Assembly (NCBI GenBank): GCA_037447605.1
Contig: CM074819.1
Span: 2,088,844-2,152,843, forward strand
Direction: 5' to 3'
Length of the DNA: 64,000 nt
From: Zygnema circumcarinatum SAG 698-1b
Taxonomy: Eukaryota > Plantae > Zygnematophyceae
The notes beneath the pieces are model-generated. The model was given only the letters and a program-made list of their open reading frames with translations, was not told the DNA's origin and did no database searches. The translations under genes and the position numbers were made by a program. Each line of letters starts with the position of its first letter. Within the stretch, counting starts at the first letter, position 1. Of the stretch, positions 12,826-25,800 are shown piece after piece.

Positions 12826-13596
12826 GTTTTGGGATTTAAGTTCGAAGTTGAAGCTAAGCTTGGGGAAGTTCGTGGACCTCATTTCAGTGCTGTAACTGAA
12901 TTTGGACAGTGAATGGGGGGGGAGTAGGTGCAGAGGGAGATAGGGAGAGAGGAGGAGGGAGACCAAGGGAGGAAAATATCCGAGAGAGAGATTCAAGAAA
13001 GCAGTATTCAAGATCTTGAAATGTATCGGAAAAGGCGAAGGAGAAAACAGCGGCACAAATGAGAGGATGAGAAAGACCGAGATCAGGAGGAATATAAAAT
13101 ATGATCGGAAGACATGGAAGGATGTGCGATGAGGAGAGGAAGAGAGGTGGATGCAGAGATCGCTGTCGAGGAATAGGAAGAAAGGGGAGGGAGGGAGAGA
13201 GGGAGGGAGGGAGGGAGGGAAGCAGGAATGGGCGAGAGGGAGGGAGGGAGTGAGGGAGGGGGGGAGAGGCGAAGGGCTGGTTATTGCTGACGTTTGCACT
13301 GACGTCAGCATGGGTCGCAATCTCCAGTCAGAAGGCTCCTCGGTCGATCGTGCGGCTGACTTTGCTGGATCGGACAAAAATGTATGGCAGGACCGGCGGC
13401 CTTCGGAGTGCGTGAGAGGTCGACTGTACGGAAGCAATTCGATGCGCGCGTCCGATCTGATCGGATTCGGATCTTGAACGATTTGGCGCTATCGGATGGT
13501 CGCCATTCATGAGTGGACCATACCACGATTTGTGGATGGCAGGTTTGCGGCCTTGAACCAGGTCCCGGACTCCATAAACCGCAGGTGAACAAAAGC

Positions 13597-13845
13597 GGAT
13601 CGGACGGCCGAGCGCGTCCCAATCGGCGCATCGCACGGCGGCGATTCGCCGGGCACCTGGCATTGATCCCCGTCCCAGCCCCCGTGGGAACGAGGGGCCG
13701 ATACCCAGCGGCTGATCGGACGGTCGAGCGTGTCCCAGTCGTCGAATCGCACGGCGGCGATTCGCCGCGCCCTGCCGTTGATCCCCGTCCCGGGCCCCGT
13801 GGGAACGAGGGGCTGACACTCAGCATCATATCGGACGGCCTAGCG
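13597..13845. repeat. About 2.2 tandem copies of a GC-rich unit of about 115 bp upstream of lectin gene 1
   Basis: The unit ATCGGACGG..GAGCG.GTCCCA.TCG.CG.ATCGCACGGCGGCGATTCGCCG...TTGATCCCCGTCCC.G.CCCCGTGGGAACGAGGGGC occurs twice, followed by a partial third copy. Confidence 0.85.
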
Positions 13846-13987
13846 TGACTCGATCTCCGCCGCCCGCCCGCGTTCACGTGGGCCTTCCTTATTTATGGCG
13901 GCGGCCAACCCCCTCGTGACGGCAGGGAGGGAGGGAGGGAGGGAGGGAGGGAGGGAAGGAAAGAAGGCGGGAGGAGGGGCGGCAGCC

Positions 13988-15893
13988 ATGGCCATGGCTC
14001 TCGCGAGCGCGCTCCTCCTCTGCGCTGCGCTTGTGGGCACGGCTGCTATCTCCGCACGTACGGATCTCGCCCGCCCACTCTCGCACGTGCCGCAGTTATG
14101 ATCACTTTACGAGGAACATCTCATCTTTGTAAATGTAGTCCTTTATTTAAACTGTTGCCAAGTTTTGTCGTTTGCAGCATACAAGGTGCCCCCGTCCCCT
14201 CCAGCTCCTCCCCGTTAGGGAACTGTTCTCTACTCAGTCGTCATGTCATCAGCTTATTGTCTAATTTCGTTTCAAAACGTACCCTTTCTATTCTCTGTTA
14301 CGTTCCAATCGATCAAAAAATATTCTATTCTGAGTAGTGAAAACCTCAATAATTTCGAGTAGCTGCTTGCTTAGATGATTGTTTCCTTATATTTTGTATA
14401 TAATTTTCGTTGCAGCTCCACCACCTTCACCGCCTCCTCCACCCCCAACTCCGCGTAAGTTTACTCGGTTTCTTCTCCCTTTCTCTGCATATGGTTGGCT
14501 GTTTTCCAAGGCTTCCAATTGCAACATGTTCACGGATATTAACGTGAGAACCAGCAATTTCCTTACTGTGGGTCAAAAACGTTTTACAGCACCAAAGCTT
14601 TTAGAGTTTGTGGATTAAGCAAGTTTGACGTCACACATGTTCCTTCACCAAGTACGTGCCACCTCATGATGAAACTCAGATGGGATGCCTAAATTTCTAT
14701 CATAAGTGCTGACCATGCCTGTGAACGTGTCTATATATTTCAAGCTGGTCATGCTTGCGTTATTTGCACGCTTTGAATATTCCACATTCGCAACTCTTGA
14801 TATTCCGCCACTTTGTGATGCAGCTCTCACCACCCCGGCAGCCTTCGCCTACTCAAGTTTTGACTCTAGCACTTTCATTCTGCAAGGCAGTGCAACAATT
14901 GGGTTTGATGCAAGTTTGATTCTTACGCATGCTCAAGAAGAGGAAGCGGGGGTTGTACTTTATCGGTCTCCTGTCACGTTGACGCGAAAAGCGGGTGGGG
15001 GTTGCCAAGCAGCCTCTTTTGAGACCAAGTTTTCGTTCAGAATCGACGCGAATCCTTTTTGGGATAGTACATGTAATGGGGAAGGTTTCACATTCGCCAT
15101 CGTTCCCTCCAATGCGGATTTGGCGAGCTTTGGAACAGGCAGTGGTGACACCCTTGCGTTTACCTACACAGCTTCCCCGAAAGTGGGCTCAATTGCCATC
15201 AAATTTGACACAAACCCAAATGAAGAGTTAAATGACCCTCCGGGGGAACATGTGGGCATACTCATGGACTTCAACGCTACGACCATTACATCCCGCCTGA
15301 CTTCATTGGTGTCCAGTCGTAACACCTACTATGGTTACGACGGTTACGGTTACTTATACGTTCCATACTTCGCTTGGGTGGAATACAACAGCCAAAAGAG
15401 CCTTTGGTCTATCTTTGTGAATGATTTTGATTCAAAGCCTGCGGCTCCTCTCTTGACCTACACCAAGTCATTGTGCTCAATTCTTCGACCGTCCAATTGC
15501 AGTACGTGTGCGAACATAGACTCGGTATTCCTCGGCTTCACTGCCGCTACAGGGTCCTGCTACAACTGGCAATGGATTCAGTCGTGGGACTTTGCGAGCT
15601 CGTGGCCCGGTAAGTTACTCTATCAAGAAACTCACACGTGTGACTGGGGTCTCAAGCTCATGGGATTAGGGTTATGGCGGGGACGGACTTGAAACGTGCT
15701 CTGCTTGAACGTTTGAAAATTTCTGAATCCGTCCGACAGCCTTAAAATGTAATCACAACACAGACTTAGAAATGATGCTCTTCAACCAACTTGGTGCACA
15801 GCTTCCTTCGAACACACCAGCACTTCATCTTTCGAAAAATCTCAATTTCAATCGTTTCTTGTTTGCTTTCGATGTTGCGATAGTACAAATTTG

Positions 15894-15950
<57 letters not shown>

Positions 15951-16368
15951 CTTACTCGTCCTTTAGAACTGTGCCATTGCCAACTCATTCTTTAGATGTG
16001 CTCTGATAGTCTACTTTGCGGTCGTGCAGCGGCTCCGCCTCCCCCTCCCCGCCGCCCTCCTCCCCGCCGCCCTCCCCCCTCCTTCTCGGCGCCCTCCTCC
16101 CCGCCGCCCTCCCTCCCTCCCTCCCCCCCTCCCTCCCCGCCGCCCTCCTCCCCGCCGCCCTCCCTCCCTCCCTCCCCCCCTCCCTCCCCGCCGCCCTCCT
16201 CCCCGCCGCCCTCCTCCCCGCCGCCCTCCCTCCCTCCCTGCCCCCCTCCCTCCCCGCCGCCCTCCTCCCCGCCGGCCCCCTCCTTCCAAGCGGCCGCCGC
16301 CTCGCCGCCCTCCCCCTGCACGGCCGCCTCCGCGCCGCCCGAACCCTCCGCCTGCGAGAGCTCCTTAG
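13988..16368 (+). CDS. Secreted L-type (legume) lectin with Pro-rich linker and (RRPPP)n tail, copy 1; exons 13988-14057, 14416-14454, 14824-15609, 16030-16368
   Basis: Signal peptide MAMALASALLLCAALVGTAAISA, and all introns are GT-AG phase 1. Lectin motifs: LQGSA, LYRSPV, SFETKFSF, GEGFTF, KFDT..N...D...HVGI, WVEY, VFLGFTAATG. The last exon has an apparent 1-nt slip in a C-run. Exon 1 donor choice is inferred. Confidence 0.85.
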
Positions 16369-16850
16369 ACCAACCAATGGACCAATGGATGGATGGATGG
16401 CTCAGATTGGTTGGTTGGTTGGCCCGTTCGTTTGGTTGGTTGGTTGGCTCGTTAGTTGGTTGGTTTGTCTTGGGAGCACATTTTGGGCCATTATGGGGAG
16501 GATTTAAATCATCTTTTTTGAACTTTGGGTCTTTGAAGCATATGACCACAACAGTGCTATTTTATTGCAATAAGTTTTGATGATGGTGGCCAGCCAAACA
16601 GTAAACGTTGAAGGTAGGGAGGTGGCTCTAGGCGGAGAATTTGAACCGCTCGTGTGTCATTCTAAATCATGTGTTTGCATGGTGGGTTTGTGTTCAATGA
16701 TGACGTTTCCTAAAATCCTCCTCACGTGAAACGGCAGCTGAGCTTGAGGGAAGGGAGGGAGGGGAGGGAGGGTTGAAAATGATGATCCTCGTCGTTTTTT
16801 GAAAGAATAAACGAAAGGAGCCGTGATGCTCTCGTCAACTTGTACAAACC

Positions 16851-17022
16851 AGGGGAAGTCAGTTTTAACACATGGCCAAATCAATAGTAAGCCTGTCCGG
16901 CGAATTAAGCATCGGCTATGTATGCATTTCGGTACGGCTGGGTACAGCGACACGAAACTTTTGACTTTTGGTATACTAAATTCGGGAATTTAATACGCTC
17001 CGGGCTAAGTCTGACTCCCCCT
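16851..17022. mobile_element. Older, degenerate copy of the AGGGGG-TIR MITE
   Basis: Left end AGGGGAAGTCAG, right end AAGTCTGACTCCCCCT followed by ACT. The interior matches 31927-32128. Confidence 0.7.
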
Positions 17023-20000
17023 ACTATATAGCATGCATCCATTCTACGCCGCTGACCTTTACAATGTGGAAATGGTTGAGGCTGGTTGTCAAGTCCCCAC
17101 TCTTTCCAACCAGTGGCAGATGTACGGATTTCTCTGTGAGAGAGTAACTTCCCCTCAGATTTTGAAAAGCTGGCAGGCACTGAACGCCTTTCAGGTCCTT
17201 TGCGCCCAGTTCCTCGTGGTTTGCCATGATGTCAATTTCGTCCATGGACATTTAATGGCATCATCGCCATCGTGAGTCCAATGTGATGGTGTAGTGCTAA
17301 AAAAGTGGTCAGTAAGTACTAAAATTCATGGTGTTCCCGAACCTAAACCAAACCGAAACGAAGTGAACTGTGCGAAGTCAACCGAACAAGGTTGCGGAGA
17401 TTGACCCGCGCGGTTTACTAAAAACGGAACTTTTTGGCATGATTTTGTTCGCACCCAAATGAGGCGCCGAGCAGGATAAGGGCCTGTCGTCGTTGGATCC
17501 TTATGCGTACGTGGCGAGCCCTGATTCGGTGGCCAATGTTGAACTTCAAATCGACCGGACCGCGAACAGAGGGCGGCTCTCACTTTGAGTTTGTCCATAT
17601 ATCGACGGTTCTGGCGGTTCCTGGAAATCTCGGATCGCCGTCGATTCCCGCACCCGACGAGCTCTCCAAGCGCCAGGTGGCGCGTTGCAACTTTGTTTTA
17701 CTAACGACAAATTGAGCATGAGCCGTCGAAATTATATATTATTATATTATCGTATTATCGTATTATATACATGTTGCCCCCCCGCCCCGCGAACGGCGCT
17801 TCCGACCGTTGCGCCTGCTGCCGCTGCCTCTGCCGCGGCCACGTGGCAGCCTCTTGTCGTTGTCTTTGCGTTTTCCTGTCGCGTGTCTTGCTGCATTGCT
17901 CTGTTTTTGTTGTTTGTGCTTCTTTTCGTTTTTTGTTTTTTGTTTTTGGTTGTTTTGCTGCTGTTTTGCTGCGGTTTTTTCTGTTCTAACGTTTCTCGCC
18001 TTGTTTTCTGACATTTTATGCCGTAGCTTGTCTTGCTGTGTTGCGTTTTTCCTTTTGTCTCCCCCTTTGCGTCTCTTCGTCCTTGTGCTTCTTCTTTTTG
18101 AGCTGCTCTCGCCTTTTATGCCCTTTCCACCCTTTTTCTGCTGTTTTTCTCCTTCCTTTCCCTTCTCCCTTCCCGTCGCCTCCCTGGTCCCTTCCCTTCC
18201 CTTCCTTTCCTTATTCCTCCACCTCTGTTTCCCTATCCCTTCCCTTCCAATCCCTTCCTTTGTCCTGCCCCTTCCTTTTCCTTCTCCCCCCCCCCCTTCT
18301 CATTTCCCCTCCCCTTCCCTTCTCCCTTCCCTTCCCTTCCCTCTTTCCTCCCCGTTTCTCCTCCTCTCCTTTCCTTTCCCTCCTCCCTTCCTTTCCCATC
18401 CCCTTCCTTTCCCGTATTCCCCCCTTTCTTCTCCCTTCTCTCTTCTCTTTCCTGTCCCTTCTCTTCCCTCCTCTTCCCTTCCCTTTCCTCCCCCCCCCCC
18501 GCCTCCTCTCCCTTTCTTTCCCTCCCCTTCCTCTACCCCTTCCCTTCCATCCCCTTCCCTTATCCTTTCCCCTTTCCCTTCTTTTCCGTACCCTTATTCC
18601 TCTCGCCATTCCTTTCCTTTCCTCTCCCTCCCCTTCCCGTCCCTTCCCTTCTCTTCCCTACCCTTCCCTCCCCTTTCTCCTCCCCGCCCACCCGCTTCCC
18701 TTCCCTCATCCATTCCCTTCTCCTTCGTCATGCCTCTTCGTCGCTCCTCTCGTTCCCCTTCCCCTTCCCACCCCCTTGCCTTGTCATCTGCTGTTGCTCT
18801 TCCCCCTCCTGTCCGTTCTTCCCCTCTTCCTTCTTCCCCTCCCGCTGCTCGCCCCAGGCCTCTCCCCCGGGTTCCTTGTGATCATTGTGGAAATTGTTTT
18901 GGTCAGGGTGCGGGTTTGTCCCGGCATATGCGCGCGTGTCCTCTTCGTCCTCCTCCCATTGTCGACCCTTCTTCTACTCCCTCTTCTTCTCTACTTGTCA
19001 CTGCCACCCCTGGGTCTACTTTGCATGTTGGGCCTAGTCCGGCTGCTTGGGCGTATGCTCGGTCTTTAGATGTCCTTGGGTCGTTTTTTGTTGGGTCCCG
19101 TCGTCCTCGTCTTTACGCTCGTATCCCACGGGCTTTGGGTGTTTGTGTTCGTGATGCTTTGCGTTTTCCTCTTGCTCGTCTTGCGTGTGATCCATCAGAT
19201 GTTGCTGCTTGGCATGTCCTTCTTCTTTTCCCCCTTTGGGTTTTAATTTTGTCCCCTCGTGGTGGGGCCAGCGCCGTTCGCGAGACCCGTCGGCGATGTC
19301 TTCGGTTTTTGGGTGGGGATTGGGAGCTTTTGCAGGCCGAGCACGCTGATCGCATTCGTGCCCTGTCGGCGTCTGCCGCCACTCGTCCGCCCTCCCTTTC
19401 GGACGCCTCAGCTCGACATCGTCGGGCGGTTCAGTTAGGCCGATGCGGGGAGTTGTCTCGCGCTGCTCGCGCTCTTCGACCCTTTACGCCCGCCCCGGCC
19501 AACAACGACACTTTGGATCGCCTTCGGACTCTCCATCCGGATGCGCCTGCGGATGTCCCTTCCTTCATCGACACTTTTGAGCCTGTCGACTCGTTTGTGC
19601 TTGATCGTGCCGCTTTCATTCGGGCGCTTACTCGCTCCCCTCATTTGTCTGCAGGGGGGCCTTCGGGCATGGTTTATGAGTTGCTTCGTGATGTGTTTTC
19701 TCCAGACACCGGGGATAGTGGGTTTGGTTTGCTTTTTCAGCTTGCTTGTGTCATATCGCAGGGTCGTGTTCCCTCGTCCGTGAGTCATATTCTTACGTCA
19801 GCTCGTTTGGTTGCCCTTGCCAAGCCTGCAGGGGGAGTTCGCCCCATAGCCGTAGGGGAGGTTTTGTATCGCATGGTTGCTCGCGCTATGTGTTTTCAGT
19901 TACAGGGGGCCTTTCAGGATCATTTTTCCCCTTACCAGTTTGGTGTGGCGACCCCTGGGGGCTGCGAGGCCGTAGTTCATGGCATTCGTGCGACGTTGGA

Positions 20001-21455
20001 TCTTCACCCTGATTGGGTTGTTTTGCAGGTTGATGTGACAAACGCTTTTAATACGGTGGATCGTCATGAGATTTTTCGCGAGTTACGAGAGGCCCCTGCA
20101 CCGATTGCGTCCCTTTTTCCTTTTGTGCGCACATTTTATTCTCGTTCGAGCCCGCTCCTTTTTCCTCTTGGCGATGCATCTGGTGGAGTGGCGACCTTGG
20201 AGTCTGCGACCGGGACCCGCCAAGGCGACCCTTTAGGAGGTCCTTTGTTCGCTTTGGCGCACATTCGTGCGCTTCGAGCTTCGGCACAGGCTTTTCCAGG
20301 CTGCCTTTTTCCATCGGTGGCGACGATACTCACATCATTGGCCCTGCTGACCAGGTCGTTGCCGCGTTTACTGATTTTACTACTCGATTGGCCGCTATGC
20401 GTTTGACGGTAAATTTGTCGAAGTGTTTTGCTTGGTCTCCGGTTGGTATCCCTTCTACCCTTTCGCTCCCTTGTGGTATCCAGACTTGTGCTGATGGAAT
20501 TGGTATTCGTGTTTTAGGCTGCCCTTTCGGCGTTGCATCTTATGTTGATCGTTTTGTTGATGATGCTTTGGTTAAGGATACGTCTCAGGTCGATGAGCTT
20601 CCACATCTTTCAGATCCTCGGTGGCTTTTTCTTTGCTTACTTTCGTTGTTTTGCTTCGTCCGTCATACCTTTTCGCGAACTCTCCCTCCCAACCTGCTTT
20701 CCTTGAGTCATTGCAATCTTTTCGATGGCGTTTGTTTTTCACGTATGTCATCGCCTTTTGGGTCTGGTATTTTGTCGACCGGAGAGGTCAGCTTACTGCA
20801 TCACATAAGCCTCGCTCCTATTTGGCCGGGCGGTTTAGGACTCATCCGACAATTAGTGTAGCCTTACAGCGTTTGGGTAGTTGGGCTCTCGTTGCTCTAT
20901 TTTGGCCGCGTTTTATTGTGGGCGTCGTCCGCGTTCAAGCTTCGGTCATTTGTGGCTCATGTTGATGATGGTGATCTTCCGTTTAGGGTTGCGATGCGTG
21001 GCGCCCATGGTTTGCTTCTGCTAGTGCGCTCGGGCTGCGTCGCCCCGTTTGTTTTGCTTGCCGTCGATGCATTCCGCGTCAATCCGACTCCACTTTGGCC
21101 GAATGAGGTTGTTCTTCAAGCGATTCTCTACCACCCTTATTACTTTGACTCTTTCGCTACGATATTTAGCGTGCACCGGCAGCTCTTGTCGCGAGATCAC
21201 AGAAATTTTGGGGAGCTTGGTTGGCTGTTACCCGATATTTTCCACCCGCCGTTTGACCCCAGGCCGGTTTACGACTTGCGGTAGCGACCGTCTCGGGCTC
21301 CCCATCCGCCATTGCAGGGTTCTCCTCGTTGTGTTTGTGGTGATTCGATTGATGCGCAGGGCGTTCATCTACTTCGATGTGCACACGGGGGCGAACGCAT
21401 TTTGGCTCATAATGTTGTGCGCGATGCGATTGCTGCGGTGGCTCAAGAAGCTAAC

Positions 21456-22350
21456 TGTGAGAGGGGCAGAGGGATGAGAAGCAAATTCACCTTCCACCCT
21501 TTCTCCCTCTTCACTGTCCATGGAAACTTCCCTCACGGTGCCCAGCGGCACTCTCACTCATTTTTCACTCCGTGCATACACAACTTTGGTAGGAATAGAA
21601 AAACGTAGGAGAAAGCTCCCAGCCTAAAACTCCTTTATGATGACAAGCTTTCCAACTCAAGCCCCCATAAGCCTAGTCAAGCTTTCACCACATGATCACT
21701 TCACCTTCACGTGAGGCAGCTCTCCACACACGGAGACTCCTCACAAAGGTCCACCTCCTGTTGCCAAAGCCATGCCTTCAAACTGCCATAGCCTTGCAAT
21801 GCATATCAAGAAGGTTTCTAACTTACACACCCACTCTCACTATATAGTATGGGGCTGTGGCGTGACCATGTCGCGTCTGCGCTTGCAAGGACCATAAATA
21901 CAACAACCTTATTCAAACAACCTAAATAAACTACTTAGGTGTCTTTAGCTGTCTGTAGTCATGACCACAATAGCGATACCAACACCACCGCCCTAACCCA
22001 GATGGCCATGTACTCTACCGCCGGGCTGAACACCCCGCCGTCCTTCATAAGGACTATCCTCCGTACGCAAAGTAGGCTCCGCCGACTCCACCGACTCCGC
22101 CGCCTTCCGTCGCCGCGTCATTCCTCGATTCCGTACTCCAGGACCGATTTCTCGGCGCGGTACCAAATGTCGGACTCCCGGCCGTACTGTCCGTACCGTC
22201 CGTACCGTCCGTACAATTACTAAGTCGGTCTCGCCGCCGCGCGCACGCTGAAGTAAGTCCGTCCCCATACATGTCACACCTAGAAGCACACCCCTAGGAA
22301 CTAAGCGCCAACACAAACATGCTAATCTAAACTAACTATGTACACTAACA
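21456..22350 (-). mobile_element. Solo copia LTR (895 bp) inserted in the CRE-like ORF
   Basis: TG...CA ends, TSD CTAAC at 21451-21455 and 22351-22355. Removing it restores AVAQEANYLVRREPSH. Its 5' terminus TGTTAGTGTACA is the same as in element 2. Confidence 0.95.
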
Positions 22351-22808
22351 CTAACTACCTTGTGCGACGGGAGCCGAGCCACCTGGTGTCCCCACGGCCG
22401 ACTATTCGTGGCGAGCGCGGAGTTCGCCCTGATTTGGCTCTTATGGATGGTGCCCGGCGTATTTTTGGGGATATTGTGTTGGCCGATCCAACCCGTCGCG
22501 ATTTATTGTCACGTGCAGCACATCATGAAGGCGTGGCTGCTCGCGATGCGGCCCTTCGCAAGGAGCGTGCATATGCTCACCGTGATGCAGCCGACGAGTT
22601 TGTTCCTATGGCTATTNNNNNNNNNNGGTGGACTTCCGCCGCTCCCTCCTCGCGACGTGCCTCACATCGGTGACCTTCGCGGCTGCTTCTAGGGCTGCGT
22701 TGTTGTGCCTAGGCGTAGTTTTCCGCTCCTAGCTTCGTTTTATTGTGTTTCGGTCCTTTGTGACCAGTCCTTCGTGGTTCCACATTTTGCCTTTATCCAT
22801 GTAAATTT

Positions 22809-25800
22809 TGTTGATGCAGCGCCCTCCCTTGGTGGGGCTGCCACTTCTCCTCTACCCTGGGTAGAACTCGACATCTTCAATGAATTGCTCAATCACACAA
22901 AGCACACTAAATGCAAGAGAACAACTCAGCGGAAATATGAAAATGTAAGGAGAAAGCCACCAGCCTAAAACTCCTTAAGATAAAGATGAAATACAACTTG
23001 ACAACACTAGAGCCAAGCTTCAAGCACCTCTTCTCAAGCTACGTGAATAAACCACCCACTACAAGCTGAACTCTTCCCACTATCTCCTTGGCCCTAAGCA
23101 AGATAGCCTCACTCCCCAATGTGAGTCACGAGAAGGTTAACTTCTACCAAACAATCTAAGCCTTAAATACAATATGGCGCCATTAGTGACATTGTCACGT
23201 CACGGCCGCACATGCTACGCCTTGCAAGACCCTTATCCTGATCCTAATCTCGCGCCGTCGGATCCTCGTAGGCTTGCACGGATCCAGCACATCATTGCCG
23301 TCAGATCCGCCTCAGCCTTATCTCCATCCGAGTCCTCCACCGTAGGATCTGACTCCTCATTACTTGGCGTCATGTGGGACCCCGTAAGCCTACGAGCGCC
23401 ACCGACCTAGGCCGTACAGGCCTTCAATTTAACCCGACACGTGGCGCCTTCCGATTCGCCACTGTCCTCCAAATGAGACATTGCTGACTCCGTACCTCGT
23501 CAGTTCTGCTCCGCGCGCTGATTCGCGCCTTGTCACTTCTCAATTTGTCGCGTCGCGCCACGTCACATCTGACTCCGCCACGCCGCGCCGCGCCACCGAC
23601 CAATGTCCGTACACCCATGGTCTTGGCCTTCCAAATCGTACCACTGATTGGCCGCACCGACATTCTGATGCCTTGCCTTGCCAAATCAGACTCGCGCGCT
23701 ATACGCACACCCCTTAAAGACTTGTACGGTCGCCTAGACGCCCCTCCGTACAATGTGGACACTTTTGAGCACACCCCTCCTTAGAACTTAGTACCAACAA
23801 CTTAGTGTACAACAAGTCCTTAACTACTTTACACTAACAATCCCCCTCTTGGTACTTAGTTCTCCATGGGTCCTAGTTCCATGAGACCACTACTATTCTC
23901 TAGTGTCCCACAACCAAATGAATGCTCCCTTGTCCTAACAAGCTGCCCCCTCTTGATCCAAAGGCCTAGGAGAGAATCTTCCCCCTCTTGATCTCCTCTT
24001 GGTTGCCTTTCACACTTGATCAGGCACCCAGTGAACTCCTTACTAAGTCCACAACCGGGTATTTGTTTCATGCGACCTTGTACTTGACTCTTGCATCTCC
24101 TGGGTGGGAAGGGCCCACCACTTCAACTGCCTCTTTGTTTGAATGAACCAGTCCCCAACATTGGCCTCCTGAAGCTCACTAACTTTGAGTGATCCTGGAA
24201 TTCGCACACATTCTCACCACCACTAATGTCCACCCTTTCGGTGATGGGTCTTTCAACCCCCTTAGCCTGGCTATCTGAAATGTCGTTGGCGAAATAATCC
24301 TCTGCTCCCCTGAGCCTCAATGCTTGCTCTAGCATCCCCTTTCCTCCTCCAAGCTGGTCTGGATCTATCTTATGGTGAATGGGTTCCTCCACAGGGTCCT
24401 TGGCGGGATAGCTCAGCCCTTGAGCCTCCTTCCACTCTAGAAAGTAAAGCCCACCTTGCTGGATTCCCTTGCACAAGACTTGCCCTGTCTCCTTGTGAAT
24501 GACCTCACAACTACCCTTCTCAAACCATACTCCATAGTCCTTCTCACACAGCTGACTAACAGAGAGGAAATTAATCTGTAGTCCGGGAGTATGCAGTACG
24601 TTACCAACACGGACAACCCTCTGCGTGCTTCCCTCCCCGAGCACCTCCAACTTGACTGTTCCGCCTTGCGTCACCGAGACTCCATCTCCAGTTGCCGAGT
24701 AGACCGAGCGGGTTCCCTCCAAAGTCTCCTTCTCTGCAAAGAGTGAGTCGTCCACGCACATGTGCCTTGAAGCACCGGAATCAATCACCCAAGGTTTAGC
24801 TGAATTTTCAACTCTAACACATCCGACAAACTCATCATTAGGTTCCCAATCCGAGAACATCAAGTTCGTCTCGTGAATCCTCTTGCGTTCATCTCTGGGA
24901 TACCTGCCATCACCCCTCCTCCCTTCTTGCTCGTTTGGAGCATCTGCATTCGAGGATGAACCGCCATTCTGAACGTTGGGGCAGTTCCTCTTGAAGTGAC
25001 CGGTCTTCCCACAAGAGTAGCAAGTCCTCTGAGTCTTCAGCTCTCCACCATCTTTGGCTGCGTTTGGTCCCTTGCCGTTCCTGTATGGGCGAGTAGTTGC
25101 AGCATACAGTTTCTCCGAACTTGACCTGTACTGCTTCTTGTCTTGAAGACCATCCTCCTCTACCACTCTCCTCTTGACCTGCTCAAAGGTCATCTTAGTC
25201 GTAGAAAGCTGAGTTCGTAGAGCAGTGCAAGCAGGGTCAAATCTATCCGGCAAGCCTCCAAGGAATAGACTAATCTTGTGATCCAAGTGAAGGGGCTGTT
25301 TCAGCCCATCAAACTTTTGCATCAGATTATCAAACTTGATCACATAGTCTTTAAGCTCCTCCCCTGAATCCAAACTGAGTTTTCCAAGCTCCGTGTAGAG
25401 ATAAACTACAGTGGCATTATCTACCACATCATAAATCTTCTCTAGAGTATCCCACATCTCCCGAGCTGTCTTGAACTCTGAAATCAGGTCTGTAGGTTCC
25501 TCACTAACGCCAGCACAAAGCAGGGTCCTAACCTTGCAATCCTTAACCCTCCACTTCTCAAACTCAAGTGGATTAATCTCTGAATCGGGGGCCACAATGG
25601 AGCCATTCACATACCCCAACAGCCGCTTGTTCTCCAGCACTGTGAGCATGCGAAACTTCCATCGCTTGTAGTTCTTCCCATCGAAAGTTGGAATGGTAAA
25701 CTTCACGTCTTCCTCGCCTTCGGCTCTGATACCACTTGTTGATGCAGCGCCCTCCCTTGGTGGGGCTGCCACTTCTCCTCTACCCTGGGTAGAACTCGAC

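Noticed and set aside
17809-18729. N-terminal 307 codons of the 865-aa ORF
   Set aside because: This is a CT-rich low-complexity leader without stops by composition. The likely start is ATG 18730.
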